In this document: in pieces, positions 51,425 to 61,242 of the stretch | Position numbering within the stretch: position 1 is the first letter of the stretch | Layout: every line of letters begins with the position of its first letter | Assembly (NCBI GenBank): GCA_030748635.1 | Contig: JASMLP010000049.1 | Span: 285-64,284 of the forward strand | DNA: 64,000 nt | Direction of reading: 5' to 3' | Origin: Planctomycetota bacterium | GTDB taxonomy: Bacteria > Planctomycetota > JACQVV01 > JASMLP01 | Notes under the pieces: generated by a model | Seen by the model: only the letters and a program-made list of their open reading frames with translations | The model's database searches: none | Told to the model about the DNA's origin: nothing | Made by a program: the position numbers and the translations under genes

Positions 51425-52027
51425 ATGTCTAGCATCACTGCTGAGCAGGTTCGTGACCTGCGGAATCAGACCGGAAGTGGAATCATGGATTGCAAAAATG
51501 CCCTGACCGAGTCCGAAGGTGACTTCGAGAAGGCGATCGATTTTTTGCGAAAAAAAGGTCTTGCCGCAGCAGAGAAAAAAGGGGCTCGCGTCACCAGTGA
51601 GGGGCGGATTTCTTCCTACATCCACGCCGGCGGAAAGGTGGGGGTGATGGTCGAGGTCGCCTGTGAGACCGACTTTGTGGCACGCAATGAAGAATTCGAT
51701 GCTTTGGTCAACGACCTCTGTCTCCACATTTGTGCCATGAATCCGTTGGCTGTCTGTCGTGAAGAGGTTGATCCGGAGTTGGTCGAAAAAGAGAAAGCTT
51801 TCTTTGTGGAGCAGCTTCAGGATAAACCGGAGCAGATTCGAGGAAAAATTCTCGAAGGCAAGATGAATAAATGGTTCAGCGACCAGGTCCTTCTTGAACA
51901 GTCCTTCGTGAAAGATGACAAGCTGACCATTCAGGATTTGATTACAGAACGTATTGCCAAGCTGGGTGAAAATATCGTTGTCCGTCGATTTGTGCGCCTC
52001 CAGCTAGGCGAAGATATTTCCAACTGA
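51425..52027 (+). CDS. tsf: Elongation factor Ts
   Basis: The track ORF was trimmed to the ATG at 51425 (MSSITAEQVRDLRNQTGSGIMDCKNALTESEGDFEKAIDFLRKKG). Confidence 0.96.
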   Translation: MSSITAEQVRDLRNQTGSGIMDCKNALTESEGDFEKAIDFLRKKGLAAAEKKGARVTSEGRISSYIHAGGKVGVMVEVACETDFVARNEEFDALVNDLCLHICAMNPLAVCREEVDPELVEKEKAFFVEQLQDKPEQIRGKILEGKMNKWFSDQVLLEQSFVKDDKLTIQDLITERIAKLGENIVVRRFVRLQLGEDISN

Positions 52028-52050
52028 TCTCTTAACCCCCCCTGGAAGTC

Positions 52051-52797
52051 ATGGACGACGTCCAAAAATCGATCTACAACCGGGTCGTTCTCAAGATTAG
52101 TGGGGAAGGTTTCTGTGTAGCAGGGAATCAAGGTGTGGACCCGGTTCTGGTCGAATCGGTTGCCCTCCAGATCTTGGACGCTAGGGCTCATGGTTGTGAG
52201 ATTGCGGTTGTTGTTGGGGGTGGTAATCTCGTGCGGGGTGCCGCTTTCGAGAAAAAAGGTATGAACCGGGCGAGCGCGGACCATATGGGAATGCTCGGTA
52301 CGGTAATCAATGCGCTTGCGCTTCAGGACGCAGTCGAGCGACAGGGAGTCGATTCTCGGGTCATGACGGCGATTCAGATGGGAGAAGTGGCCGAGCCCTA
52401 TATCCTTCGGAGGGCGATTAGGCATCTCGAAAAAAAGAGGGTGATCATTCTTGCGGGTGGGACCGGAAATCCCTACTTTTCGACCGATACGACTGCGGCA
52501 CTTCGGGCGAGTGAAATTGGGGCAGAAATTTTGCTCAAAGGTACGAAAGTTGATGGGGTTTATGACAAGGATCCGGTACTCAATGAAGACGCTTGTCGGT
52601 TTGACGAGATCAGTTATCTGGATGTGATCAATAATCGTTTTCGAGTCATGGATTCGACCGCGATTACGTTATGCATGGAGCAGGAATTGCCTATTCGGGT
52701 ATTCAGTTTGATGACCGAGGGGAACATACGAAGGGTTATCTGCGGAGAGCCGGTGGGGACTCTGGTCGGAAGCGAAGAGCTAAAGGAGAACGGATGA
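52051..52797 (+). CDS. pyrH: UMP kinase
   Basis: RVVLKISGE...VVVGGGN..RG...GTGNPYFSTDTTAALRA is canonical PyrH. Confidence 0.96.
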   Translation: MDDVQKSIYNRVVLKISGEGFCVAGNQGVDPVLVESVALQILDARAHGCEIAVVVGGGNLVRGAAFEKKGMNRASADHMGMLGTVINALALQDAVERQGVDSRVMTAIQMGEVAEPYILRRAIRHLEKKRVIILAGGTGNPYFSTDTTAALRASEIGAEILLKGTKVDGVYDKDPVLNEDACRFDEISYLDVINNRFRVMDSTAITLCMEQELPIRVFSLMTEGNIRRVICGEPVGTLVGSEELKENG

Positions 52798-53354
52798 GTT
52801 ACGATGACGTCCTGCTGGAGACAGAAGAGCGGATGGAAAAGACTTTCGAGGTCCTCAAGGGGACTTTGCGCGGAGTGCGGACTGGACGTGCGACTCCTGC
52901 CCTGGTGGAAAACATCCGAGTGGACTATTACGGGGCGATGACCCCTCTCAAGCAACTTTCAACAATTACCACTCCGGATCCAAGGATGATCATGATCAAG
53001 CCTTTTGATCCAAGTTCTTTGAGTTCGGTAGAGAAGGCGATACTCAAATCAGAGGTGGGTTTGACTCCTTCTGTGGACGGCAAGCTTATTCGGTTGCAGG
53101 TTCCGCCTCTTTCCGAAGAGAGGCGAAAACAGCTTGTGGGGCAAGTCAAAGAACACTCAGAGGCCGCTAAGGTCTCTCTACGTAATGTGCGTCGAGATGC
53201 GAACAAGCAGTCGGAGTCCTTTCAGAAGGAATCGATTCTTACCGAGGATGATTCCCGCAAGCTCAAGGAGGAAGTCCAAAATCTCACGAAAGAGTATGAG
53301 GACAAGATCAAGCAAGTGATGGAAACCAAACAAACGGAAATTTTGGATAATTGA
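52794..53354 (+). CDS. frr: Ribosome recycling factor
   Basis: The ATG at 52794 overlaps the pyrH stop (ATGA). Sequence includes RTGRATPALVENIRVDYYGAMTPLKQLSTITTPDPRMIMIKPFD. Confidence 0.96.
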   Translation: MSYDDVLLETEERMEKTFEVLKGTLRGVRTGRATPALVENIRVDYYGAMTPLKQLSTITTPDPRMIMIKPFDPSSLSSVEKAILKSEVGLTPSVDGKLIRLQVPPLSEERRKQLVGQVKEHSEAAKVSLRNVRRDANKQSESFQKESILTEDDSRKLKEEVQNLTKEYEDKIKQVMETKQTEILDN

Positions 53355-53417
53355 ACTGTTTTTTATCCAGTCGGTTCTATTTCGGGTATTCTGGAATGTG
53401 ACCGTTTTTGTTCGTCT

Positions 53418-53489
53418 GGGGGCGTAGCTCAGGGGTAGAGCAACGGCCTTTTAAGCCGCAGGTCGGAGGTTCAAATCCTCCCGCCCTCA
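53418..53489 (+). tRNA. tRNA-Lys (anticodon TTT)
   Basis: Sequence gggggcgtagctcaggggtagagcaacggccttttaagccgcaggtcggaggttcaaatcctcccgccctca, with loop cttttaa. There is one G-U pair in the acceptor stem and no encoded CCA. Confidence 0.85.
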
Positions 53490-53608
53490 TCTGTATTCGA
53501 TAGAGAAAATTCGAGGTTCATTTTGGAGAACGACTTGAACGATTTGGTCAGGTCTGGGTATCCTTAGGACCATTCTTGTAGGACTTTGTCCTCGGGATTT
53601 CGTCATGT

Positions 53609-53686
53609 GGCCCCGTCGTCTAGCTAGGTTCAGGACACCGGGTTTTCATCCCGGCAACACGGGTTCAAATCCCGTCGGGGTCACCA
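53609..53686 (+). tRNA. tRNA-Glu (anticodon TTC)
   Basis: Sequence ggccccgtcgtctagctaggttcaggacaccgggttttcatcccggcaacacgggttcaaatcccgtcggggtcacca, with loop ttttcat and an encoded CCA. Confidence 0.9.
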
Positions 53687-53730
53687 AAAAAATGAGACAA
53701 CCGACAGAAATCGGTTGTCTCATTTTTTTG
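53687..53730. terminator. Bidirectional intrinsic terminator
   Basis: In aaaaaaatgagacaaccgacagaaatcggttgtctcattttttt a 13-bp perfect stem is flanked by A7 and T7. It sits between the + strand tRNAs and the converging minus-strand operon. Confidence 0.85.
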
Positions 53731-53762
53731 GGGAATTCGTAAAGACGGATTTCTTTCAGGCG

Positions 53763-54254
53763 CTACTGGGTGTGGCGAATTCGGAAGTTTTCGATGGATT
53801 CCAGAAGGTTGGCGTGAGTTTTCATCGGAGCGAGGAAAAAGATCTGTCGAGAATTTTTCATGGACTCGACCAAGGAATTGCAGATGGCTTCGATCTGATT
53901 CCCGAGGCCCTCGTGATTTTTGAGAAAGATTTCAGCTCCCTCGATGTTTCCCACTCGCAGGAGATCTTCAAGCTCTAGGCTCAAGGCATGGTCGATAAGT
54001 TGATTACCGAGACCGTTTTCTCGGGCAACGTTAGCTGCTAGCTGGTACGTGCCGTGAAGAAGGCGGAAGCAATACTCATATTGCTCAGGATGAGACTCGG
54101 ACCATTCCGAAATCTCAGGCAAGACTTCCTCGATTTTTCTCCGAATGTAATCCGGGTAATTCTCGCGATCAGGTGTCGGGATTTCATAGTACCGAGCGCG
54201 GAAAGCCCCGGCGGTTTGGTGGAGGGAGTCTAGGAGTGTTTTATCGATGGTCAT
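53763..54254 (-). CDS. Hypothetical protein (163 aa) downstream of psd
   Basis: The track ORF 53763..54497 overlaps psd, so I trimmed it to the ATG at 54254 (MTIDKTLLDSLHQTAGAFRARYYEIPTPDRENYPDYIRRKIEE...). That start is 10 nt after the psd stop. It looks helical and I recognise no family. Confidence 0.6.
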   Translation of the reverse strand: MTIDKTLLDSLHQTAGAFRARYYEIPTPDRENYPDYIRRKIEEVLPEISEWSESHPEQYEYCFRLLHGTYQLAANVARENGLGNQLIDHALSLELEDLLRVGNIEGAEIFLKNHEGLGNQIEAICNSLVESMKNSRQIFFLAPMKTHANLLESIENFRIRHTQ

Positions 54255-54264
54255 GGGACCGGGA

Positions 54265-55146
54265 TTATAGGTTTTGCTCCTCTTTCCTGGAAGCGATCTT
54301 CGCGATCGGTTTTCCCAGAAAGATGTCGGTTCCTTCATCCAGGGGCTGAAGGTCGACGTTTGGGTCTCCCCAGAGCAGTATGACAGTGGACCCCAGCTCG
54401 AATCGGCCGAGTTCTGCCCCACGCTCCAGAAAAGGGCTTTGTTCATAATGACGGAGTAGCTCACCTCCTTTGCGAAAAGGGGTCGCGAAGTGCTCATAGG
54501 TGACCCGGATGCGTCCGACGATGAGCGCGCCTACCATGAGGACGGCGACGGGTCCCCACAATGGAGATTCGATATGAGTCAATAGCCTTTCGTTACGAGC
54601 AAAGAGTCGGGGTACACATGCGATGGATGGTGGATTCACTGGGTAGAGGGTGCCCGGAAGGTAGAAAAGTGATCGGACGGCGCCGCTAACTGGACTGTGA
54701 ACCCGGTGGTAGTGTCGGGGAGAAAGGTAGATTGTGAGGTAGTGTCCATTCTTGAAAAGAGAAGATAGTTGGGAGTCAGGGATCAGTTCTTCGAGCGTGT
54801 ATTTCTGTCCTTTGGCCTGGAAAAGAGTTTGGTCCTGGATGGACCCCGACTTTCCGATGATCCCATCTACGGGACTGATGGACGCGTTTGGGTCTGGGTC
54901 CAGGGGGCGTATGTCTGGTTGGAGGGGGCGGGTGAAGAATTCTGTGAAATTACCGAAATCCTCGATCGACTTGGAGGACTCCTCGAGTTGAATCCGGTAG
55001 ATCCGGGTGAAGGCTCGCAAAAATGGTCGGAGAAACCAGCGAGGCCATTTTTGGTCAGCAGCCCACCCCGCGAGCCGTGTGAGCAAGATCTTGGGTAAGA
55101 GATTCAGCAGGATTCGTCGGCAGAATTCAGGGACCGTGGATGCCAT
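54265..55146 (-). CDS. psd: Phosphatidylserine decarboxylase proenzyme
   Basis: 293 aa with the self-cleavage motif FELGSTVILL near the C-terminus and RPFLRAFTRIY...FFTR N-terminal motifs. Confidence 0.92.
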   Translation of the reverse strand: MASTVPEFCRRILLNLLPKILLTRLAGWAADQKWPRWFLRPFLRAFTRIYRIQLEESSKSIEDFGNFTEFFTRPLQPDIRPLDPDPNASISPVDGIIGKSGSIQDQTLFQAKGQKYTLEELIPDSQLSSLFKNGHYLTIYLSPRHYHRVHSPVSGAVRSLFYLPGTLYPVNPPSIACVPRLFARNERLLTHIESPLWGPVAVLMVGALIVGRIRVTYEHFATPFRKGGELLRHYEQSPFLERGAELGRFELGSTVILLWGDPNVDLQPLDEGTDIFLGKPIAKIASRKEEQNL

Positions 55147-55287
55147 GTAAATCGGATACCTGTGTTACTAAAAGCCACTGGATAAGAATGGGGCTCGACA
55201 CGGAAACTTCGATCGAGCATCCTAGAAGATACCACTTTCTAGTTCACATACTCTGCTTTTCAGAGCATTCATTTGCGAGGTGTCCAG

Positions 55288-57357
55288 ATGGATTCCAGGG
55301 ATGATCTTCTGCTCGACGATATGGTGCGTACCGGTCAGATCTCGGTTGAAGATCTCGGACGCCTCCGTCGGCTTCAGGAACAACATCCCACGCGAAGTTT
55401 GGCCGATCACTTGGTCGAATTGGGAACACTTGGCAACGGTGAATCGAGTGAAGATCGATTTTCCTCCCGGTTTCGACTGGGGGGTGGAGAGGGGGGGGAT
55501 CTATATCGTGTGCACGATCCGCAACTCTACCGGTCTTTGGTGATGAAAGTTTTTAAAGAAGAAGAGGGTGATTTATATCGGAAGAGACAGTTTATTCGCG
55601 AGGCACAGATTACTGCGCAGATCGAGCATCCTAATATCGTGCCGATTCATGAACTGGTCGAAGTTTCGGGCGATACGGTCTATTTCACAATGAAGGAGGT
55701 TGGTGGCAAAACGCTATCGGACTTGATAACCCGTGAAGAGACTTCACTGCCCGACTTTTTGAGGATTTTCACAAAGGTTTGCGATGCAGTGGCTCATGCT
55801 CACGCTTCTGGGGTGATCCACCGGGACCTGAAACCACAAAATATTCGGGTGGGTGAGCATGGGGCGGTGTATGTGATGAATTGGGGGGGGGCGAGGGTGA
55901 CCAGTAGCTTGCCGGGAGAATCTGTTCCGAGTATCCCTGCCACAGATCCGGTTTTTCGGGGGGAGGGAAAGGATCTGTCGATTTCTGGGGAAGTGTTAGG
56001 CACTTTGGCGTACATGTCGCCCGAGCAACTCTTGGGGCGTCGAGAAGTGGACGTTCGGAGCGATGTGTATCTTCTTGGGGGGATCTTGTACGAGATTCTG
56101 ACCGGGACTCCCCCTCATCGTCCCAAGGGAGAGGGACCGAGTTGGTTTCGGTCCAGGCGTCGAGCGGTTCGGCGACGCGTCGAGCCGGCTCGAGATCGAG
56201 TTGATGATCGCGTGATTCCAAGAGAACTCGAAGCGGTGGCGATTCGTGCACTTTCTCCGCTGCCGCAGGAGCGATATCCCGAGGTGGAGGCTCTCAAGCG
56301 CGAGGTCGAGGCCTATCTGGATGGCCTCATGGTTGAGGCCGCAGTCTACAGTCGAACCGAGCGGCTAGGGCGTTGGATGCGAAGGCATCGGTGGGTGGTG
56401 GGCATGTTTGGCTTTGGAGTGTTGCTTTTGGTCTTTTGGGGGGGAGTCCATTTGTTGAGGGGTGAGTATTCAAAGAATCATGCCTTCGCGCGTGCGATAG
56501 CAGAGGCGGCACGGATTCGGAAGCCGCTCGAAACGGACAAGTCGTGGCAGGTTGTCGAAGGATCGGATTTCTCGCTGGAGATTCCTGATGACCGGGAGAC
56601 CGACAGGGAGCGAGAGCAAAGGATTCGGCAGATCGAAATTGCTTTGCAAGTAGCCGAGAGCCTGGATCGAGCTCTTCGCATTCGTCCCAACAACTCCGGA
56701 GCAAGGCGGGATCGGGAGCGTGTGGCTCGATTTGTCGGTCTACTCGCCCTGCGGGGAAAGGATTATCTTCTCGCTCGACAGGCGTTTGGGCAGTTGGAGG
56801 CCGTGGGAGTTTCTCTTGGGGAAGTGAAGGCTTGGAAGCGGCAGATTGATCAGCACCAAAAGCTCGATGCCTATCGCAGCATGGGTCGTATTCGGGAAAT
56901 CCTGGATGAACTCAGAAGGGGCGGGGCTTCCCCGGTTCATGAAATCGAGGACACGAAAATACTGGAGTGGGTTCTCGAGGTTCTGTCCATGAGGTCGCGT
57001 GAAGGTGTCGAATTGCTGGCTGAGGAGTTAGAGGGTTTGACGCGGAGGGCTCGAACTGAGGAAACCGGTTTTGGGTCGAAATGGGGAGCGGTGGATCGTG
57101 GACGAGTAAAATTTCTTTGCCAGATTCTGGGTCGGATTGGAGATCTCGAATGTGTCGAATCGCTGGGATGCTGGTTGTTGTTGGTCAAAGATCCTGAGTT
57201 GGCTGTTGTGGCTGGGGTTTCTCTCGCAAGAACCGGTCGAGAAGAAGCTCATAGCTATCTCGACAAGGCTCTTCGTTACTGGGGAACGGACTCGGTGGTA
57301 TCGAGGCGAATACGAGGTTCGGCCTATTTGCCGAAAGATTTCTCAAGAGGAGAATGA
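55288..57357 (+). CDS. Hanks-type Ser/Thr kinase homologue with DFG replaced by NWG, a TM helix and a C-terminal helical-repeat domain
   Basis: I prefer the ATG at 55288 (MDSRDDLLLDDMVRTGQ...). Motifs are LVMKVF, HRDLKPQNIRV, VYVMNWGGARV (codons aat-tgg-ggg at 55879-55887), LAYMSPEQ and a TM helix WVVGMFGFGVLLLVFWGGVHLL. Confidence 0.88.
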   Translation: MDSRDDLLLDDMVRTGQISVEDLGRLRRLQEQHPTRSLADHLVELGTLGNGESSEDRFSSRFRLGGGEGGDLYRVHDPQLYRSLVMKVFKEEEGDLYRKRQFIREAQITAQIEHPNIVPIHELVEVSGDTVYFTMKEVGGKTLSDLITREETSLPDFLRIFTKVCDAVAHAHASGVIHRDLKPQNIRVGEHGAVYVMNWGGARVTSSLPGESVPSIPATDPVFRGEGKDLSISGEVLGTLAYMSPEQLLGRREVDVRSDVYLLGGILYEILTGTPPHRPKGEGPSWFRSRRRAVRRRVEPARDRVDDRVIPRELEAVAIRALSPLPQERYPEVEALKREVEAYLDGLMVEAAVYSRTERLGRWMRRHRWVVGMFGFGVLLLVFWGGVHLLRGEYSKNHAFARAIAEAARIRKPLETDKSWQVVEGSDFSLEIPDDRETDREREQRIRQIEIALQVAESLDRALRIRPNNSGARRDRERVARFVGLLALRGKDYLLARQAFGQLEAVGVSLGEVKAWKRQIDQHQKLDAYRSMGRIREILDELRRGGASPVHEIEDTKILEWVLEVLSMRSREGVELLAEELEGLTRRARTEETGFGSKWGAVDRGRVKFLCQILGRIGDLECVESLGCWLLLVKDPELAVVAGVSLARTGREEAHSYLDKALRYWGTDSVVSRRIRGSAYLPKDFSRGE

Positions 57358-57362
57358 TCTGG

Positions 57363-59315
57363 TCAGTGAACTTTGAGTTCCGCCCGGTTTCGGTAACCGT
57401 CGAGAGACTCCGGATTGGCCAAAGCGTCCTTGTTTCCGGGTTCGACTCCATGGACGATTTGGGTAACCGCCAGTTCCACTTTTTTCCCGCTGATGGTGTA
57501 GGGGACTCCCGGAACCTCGAGTATTTTAGACGGGACATGTCGCGGGGTGGTCCCTTTTCGGATTCGATCACATATCACATTTCGTAGATCGTCATTCAGT
57601 GTTGCCTCGGGCGCGAGAACGACAAAAAGGATGACGCGGGTATCGTCGTCCCATTTCTGGCCGATGGCCAGACTGTCCAGGATCTCATCCAGAGTTTCTA
57701 CCTGACGATAAATCTCTGCTGTGCCGATGCGAACTCCCCCTGGATTGAGGGTCGAGTCAGACCGACCGAAGATACGGATGCCGTTGTTCTCCGTGATTTC
57801 TATGAAATCTCCGTGAGTCCAAATGTCGGGAAAGGAGTTGAAGTAGGCATTGTGGTAGCGTTTCCCTTCGGGGTCGTTCCAGAAGTGGATCGGCATGGAT
57901 GGAAATGGGCGGGTGCAGACCAGTTCTCCTTTTTCGTTTCGAATAGAATTTCCATGCGAATCGAACGCCTCCACCGCCATTCCCAGGCCTCGGCACTGGA
58001 TTTCTCCTCGATATACGGGGAGGTTCGGGTTGCCCAGCACAAAGCAGGACACGATATCGGTTCCACCGGATATTGAGGAAAGTTGAATCTCCGTTTTGAC
58101 CTCCTGGTACACCCAGTCAAAATCTTCGGGCAGAAGAGGACTGCCGGTAGAGAGGATCGCTTTGAGGCTTTTCATCGTGTGGGTTGATCTGGGTGATAAC
58201 CCTTCTTTTCGACAGAGTCCCAGGAATTTGGGACTCGTACCAAAAATGGAGATCTGGTGTTCGTCGATGGTGTCCCACATTCGGGAAATTCCAGGATAGG
58301 CTGGGGAGCCATCGTAGAGCGTGACTTTGCATCCGGTCATGAGAGAACTCACTAGCCAGTTCCACATCATCCATCCGCAAGTGGTGTAATAAAATATGTT
58401 GTCTTGTGGGGTGAGGTCGCAGTGGAGAAGAAGTTCCTTGGCGTGTTGTAAAAGAGTTCCGCCCGCGCCGTGAACAATGCATTTAGGAATACCGGTGGTT
58501 CCTGAGGAGTACAGGATGTAAACCGGGTGATCAAAAGGGAGGGGATCGAAGGAGATCTCGTCGACTTCTTGCTGGCCAAGATCGGTCAGGAAAGAGTCCC
58601 ATAGGCAGGCTTTTTCAAGTCCTTCCAGGTTGGGAGACTCGTCGAGCCAGGGGGCCACCACGATTCGTTCGATGCTGGAAAGAGATTTCGATATGTCGCG
58701 CACTCGGCTAAGGAGATCAAATCGTTTGCCACCGTATTGGTACCCATCCGCTGTGAATAGAATCCGGGGTTCGATCTGGCCGAACCGATCGAGTACGCCT
58801 TGATAACCGAAGTCGGGAGAACAGGAAGACCAGACGGCGCCGATGCTGGTGGATGCCAGCATGGCAACCACTGAATACCAGAAATTGGGGACATAGCCGA
58901 CTACCCTGTCACCTGGCTCAATGCCCGCAATACGGAGAGATGTTGCGCATTGAGCGACCTGCGTACGAAGTTGATCATAACTCAGCCTGAGAGTGGGTCG
59001 ATGTTCACTGAGACTAAGCAAGGCGGTAGATGATCCTCGGCGGCGAAGTAGGTTTTCTGCGAAATTGAGTCTCGATCCTTCGAACCAGATCGAACCGGGC
59101 ATGGCCGGTTGAAGAATACGATCGGGTTTTTTTGAGTGAACGATTTCCGCGAATTCCCAGAGGGCGAACCAAAAGGCCTCTGGCTGGTCGATGGACCATC
59201 GATAAAGTGATTCATAGTCCGAAAAAGGTTCCTGGACGGCAGTTGCCATGAATCGGGTCAACTGGGTGTTGGAAATATGTTCTTTGCTTGGGGTCCATAG
59301 TGGTAGGGGGTTCAT
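57363..59315 (-). CDS. Acetoacetyl-CoA synthetase (acetoacetate-CoA ligase)
   Basis: 650 aa. The N-terminus (LYRWSIDQPEAFWFALWEF) is typical of AacS. The AMP-binding motif is YSSGTTGIPKCIVH. Confidence 0.85.
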   Translation of the reverse strand: MNPLPLWTPSKEHISNTQLTRFMATAVQEPFSDYESLYRWSIDQPEAFWFALWEFAEIVHSKKPDRILQPAMPGSIWFEGSRLNFAENLLRRRGSSTALLSLSEHRPTLRLSYDQLRTQVAQCATSLRIAGIEPGDRVVGYVPNFWYSVVAMLASTSIGAVWSSCSPDFGYQGVLDRFGQIEPRILFTADGYQYGGKRFDLLSRVRDISKSLSSIERIVVAPWLDESPNLEGLEKACLWDSFLTDLGQQEVDEISFDPLPFDHPVYILYSSGTTGIPKCIVHGAGGTLLQHAKELLLHCDLTPQDNIFYYTTCGWMMWNWLVSSLMTGCKVTLYDGSPAYPGISRMWDTIDEHQISIFGTSPKFLGLCRKEGLSPRSTHTMKSLKAILSTGSPLLPEDFDWVYQEVKTEIQLSSISGGTDIVSCFVLGNPNLPVYRGEIQCRGLGMAVEAFDSHGNSIRNEKGELVCTRPFPSMPIHFWNDPEGKRYHNAYFNSFPDIWTHGDFIEITENNGIRIFGRSDSTLNPGGVRIGTAEIYRQVETLDEILDSLAIGQKWDDDTRVILFVVLAPEATLNDDLRNVICDRIRKGTTPRHVPSKILEVPGVPYTISGKKVELAVTQIVHGVEPGNKDALANPESLDGYRNRAELKVH

Positions 59316-59457
59316 CCTAGATCTCCTGAAATGGCTTCAAGGTCATCGTAGCGTCTCATCGATACTCTGTCTCGCGCTCTCCTTGGGTGAAGGTTTTGAA
59401 CGGATTGCAAAGTCCGTCGATTGACCCATTTCCTGGGTGACTGTACCCTACGCCCCC

Positions 59458-61242
59458 ATGTTGAGAACACACACCTGCGGCGAACTAGGTCGCGAACACA
59501 CTGGAAGCGAAGTTACTCTTTGTGGCTGGGTTCATCGAATCCGAGATATGGGGGGAGTTTTCTTCCTCGATCTCAGAGATCGATACGGCCTTGTTCAACT
59601 CAAGGTTTCTCCAGAATCCAGAGAAGCTCACGAGTATGCTCAGGGGTTGAGGAGAGAGACCGTCATTCGAGCTTCTGGTCGTGTTGAGTCCAGGCCGCCA
59701 GAAATGGTCAACCAAAAGCTGGAAACGGGTGAAGTCGAAATTGAGGTGGGGGGCCTTGAAATCCTGGCCGAAAGCGACACCCCTCCTTTCGTGATCGAGT
59801 ACGATCACGAACATGAGGCGGAGCCAGCAGAAGAGTTACGCCTCAAGTATCGATATCTGGATTTGCGTCGCAAAAAAATGCTTGAGCGGATGACCATGAG
59901 GCATCGAGCGGCTCAGGCGGCTCGGCGTGTTCTGGAGGAACGTGAATTTTTGGAAATCGAAACCAGTCTTTTTGTCCGGAGTACCCCGGAAGGATCGCGC
60001 GATTTTCTGGTTCCCTCCCGGACTTATCCTGGTGAGTTCTATGCTCTTCCCCAGAGTCCACAGATCTATAAGCAGATTTTGCAGGTCGGTGGTGTGGATC
60101 GATATTTTCAGTTTGCGCGCTGTTTTCGCGATGAGGATCCGCGAGGTGGCCGACAATTGATACATACCCAGATCGACCTGGAGATGAGTTTCGTTGAGGA
60201 AGAAGATGTTTTTGCCGTGGTGGAGTCGGTGATGGCCGGAGTAGGCGAGGCGCTTACGGGGAAGCCGGTTGCGACTCCGTTTGAGCGCATGACTTATGAG
60301 GAGTGTGTTCGGCGTTTTGGCATCGACAAACCGGATTTGCGTTTCGGAATGGAACTTTCGGAAGTGACAGACCTCTTCAGTGAAAGCGATTTTGTTCCGT
60401 TTCGTCGGGCTGCCGATGAAGGCGGATCGGTGGTTCTTCTGGCACTACCCGGTGGGGTGCAGTCGACAAGTCGTAAAAAACAAGATGCTCTTTCGGAATG
60501 GGTCGGAACGTTTGGCCTTCAGGGACTCTATTTCGCAAAGGTGACTGCGGAGGGGCTTGCGACCGGTTTTGCCAAGGGGGTGGGTGAGGCCCAGTTGTCT
60601 CCCATCTTGGAGCGGACCGGTGCTTCTGAAGGAGATCTCCTGATTGCTGCCGCTGGGCCGACCGGAAAGGTGCGAAAAGGGTTGGGAAATCTTCGCCATC
60701 ACCTTGGAGACCAGTTGGGCCTGAGGGACTCCGATCTTCATCGTTTTCTTTTTGTCACCGATTTTCCGCTCTTCGAATTTGATGAGGAGAGCCAAGCTTG
60801 GCAGGCCATGCACCATATTTTTACCATGCCCCGTGATGAGGATATTGACAAGATCGATAGCGATCCGGGAGCGGTGATCGGTCGGCTATATGACATTGTC
60901 ATGAACGGGGTAGAGCTTGGGTCGGGTTCAATTCGTTGTCATCGGCGCGATTTGCAGCTTCGTCTGCTCGAGCGCATAGGGATGGATGAAGCCACTGCAA
61001 TAGAGCGATTTGGGTTTTTGCTGGAAAGCTATCGCTATGGGGCGCCACCTCACGGGGGTATTGCGATAGGTTTCGATAATCTGGTTATGACTTTTCTGGG
61101 TGAGCGGAACATTCGCGATGTGATCGCCTTTCCCAACGCGGGAAGCGGACGGATGTTGATGGATGACTGTCCGAGTCCGGTGGAGTCGGATCAACTTGAG
61201 GAACTTCATGTTCGATTGGAGAGGCGTTGCAGGGAGGATTGA
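59458..61242 (+). CDS. aspS: Aspartyl-tRNA synthetase (the track ORF begins at GTG 59437)
   Basis: MLRTHTCGELG..., an OB fold, class II motifs (FRDEDPRGGRQ, GGVELGSGSIR) and the bacterial insertion domain. Confidence 0.95.
   Translation: MLRTHTCGELGREHTGSEVTLCGWVHRIRDMGGVFFLDLRDRYGLVQLKVSPESREAHEYAQGLRRETVIRASGRVESRPPEMVNQKLETGEVEIEVGGLEILAESDTPPFVIEYDHEHEAEPAEELRLKYRYLDLRRKKMLERMTMRHRAAQAARRVLEEREFLEIETSLFVRSTPEGSRDFLVPSRTYPGEFYALPQSPQIYKQILQVGGVDRYFQFARCFRDEDPRGGRQLIHTQIDLEMSFVEEEDVFAVVESVMAGVGEALTGKPVATPFERMTYEECVRRFGIDKPDLRFGMELSEVTDLFSESDFVPFRRAADEGGSVVLLALPGGVQSTSRKKQDALSEWVGTFGLQGLYFAKVTAEGLATGFAKGVGEAQLSPILERTGASEGDLLIAAAGPTGKVRKGLGNLRHHLGDQLGLRDSDLHRFLFVTDFPLFEFDEESQAWQAMHHIFTMPRDEDIDKIDSDPGAVIGRLYDIVMNGVELGSGSIRCHRRDLQLRLLERIGMDEATAIERFGFLLESYRYGAPPHGGIAIGFDNLVMTFLGERNIRDVIAFPNAGSGRMLMDDCPSPVESDQLEELHVRLERRCRED

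Noticed and set aside
53763-54497. The full 244-aa version of the minus-strand ORF, which overlaps the 3' end of psd by ~230 nt.
   Set aside because: The N-terminal 81 residues are out-of-frame read-through of the psd C-terminus. An ATG at 54254 lies just after the psd stop and gives a sensible, non-overlapping 163-aa gene.
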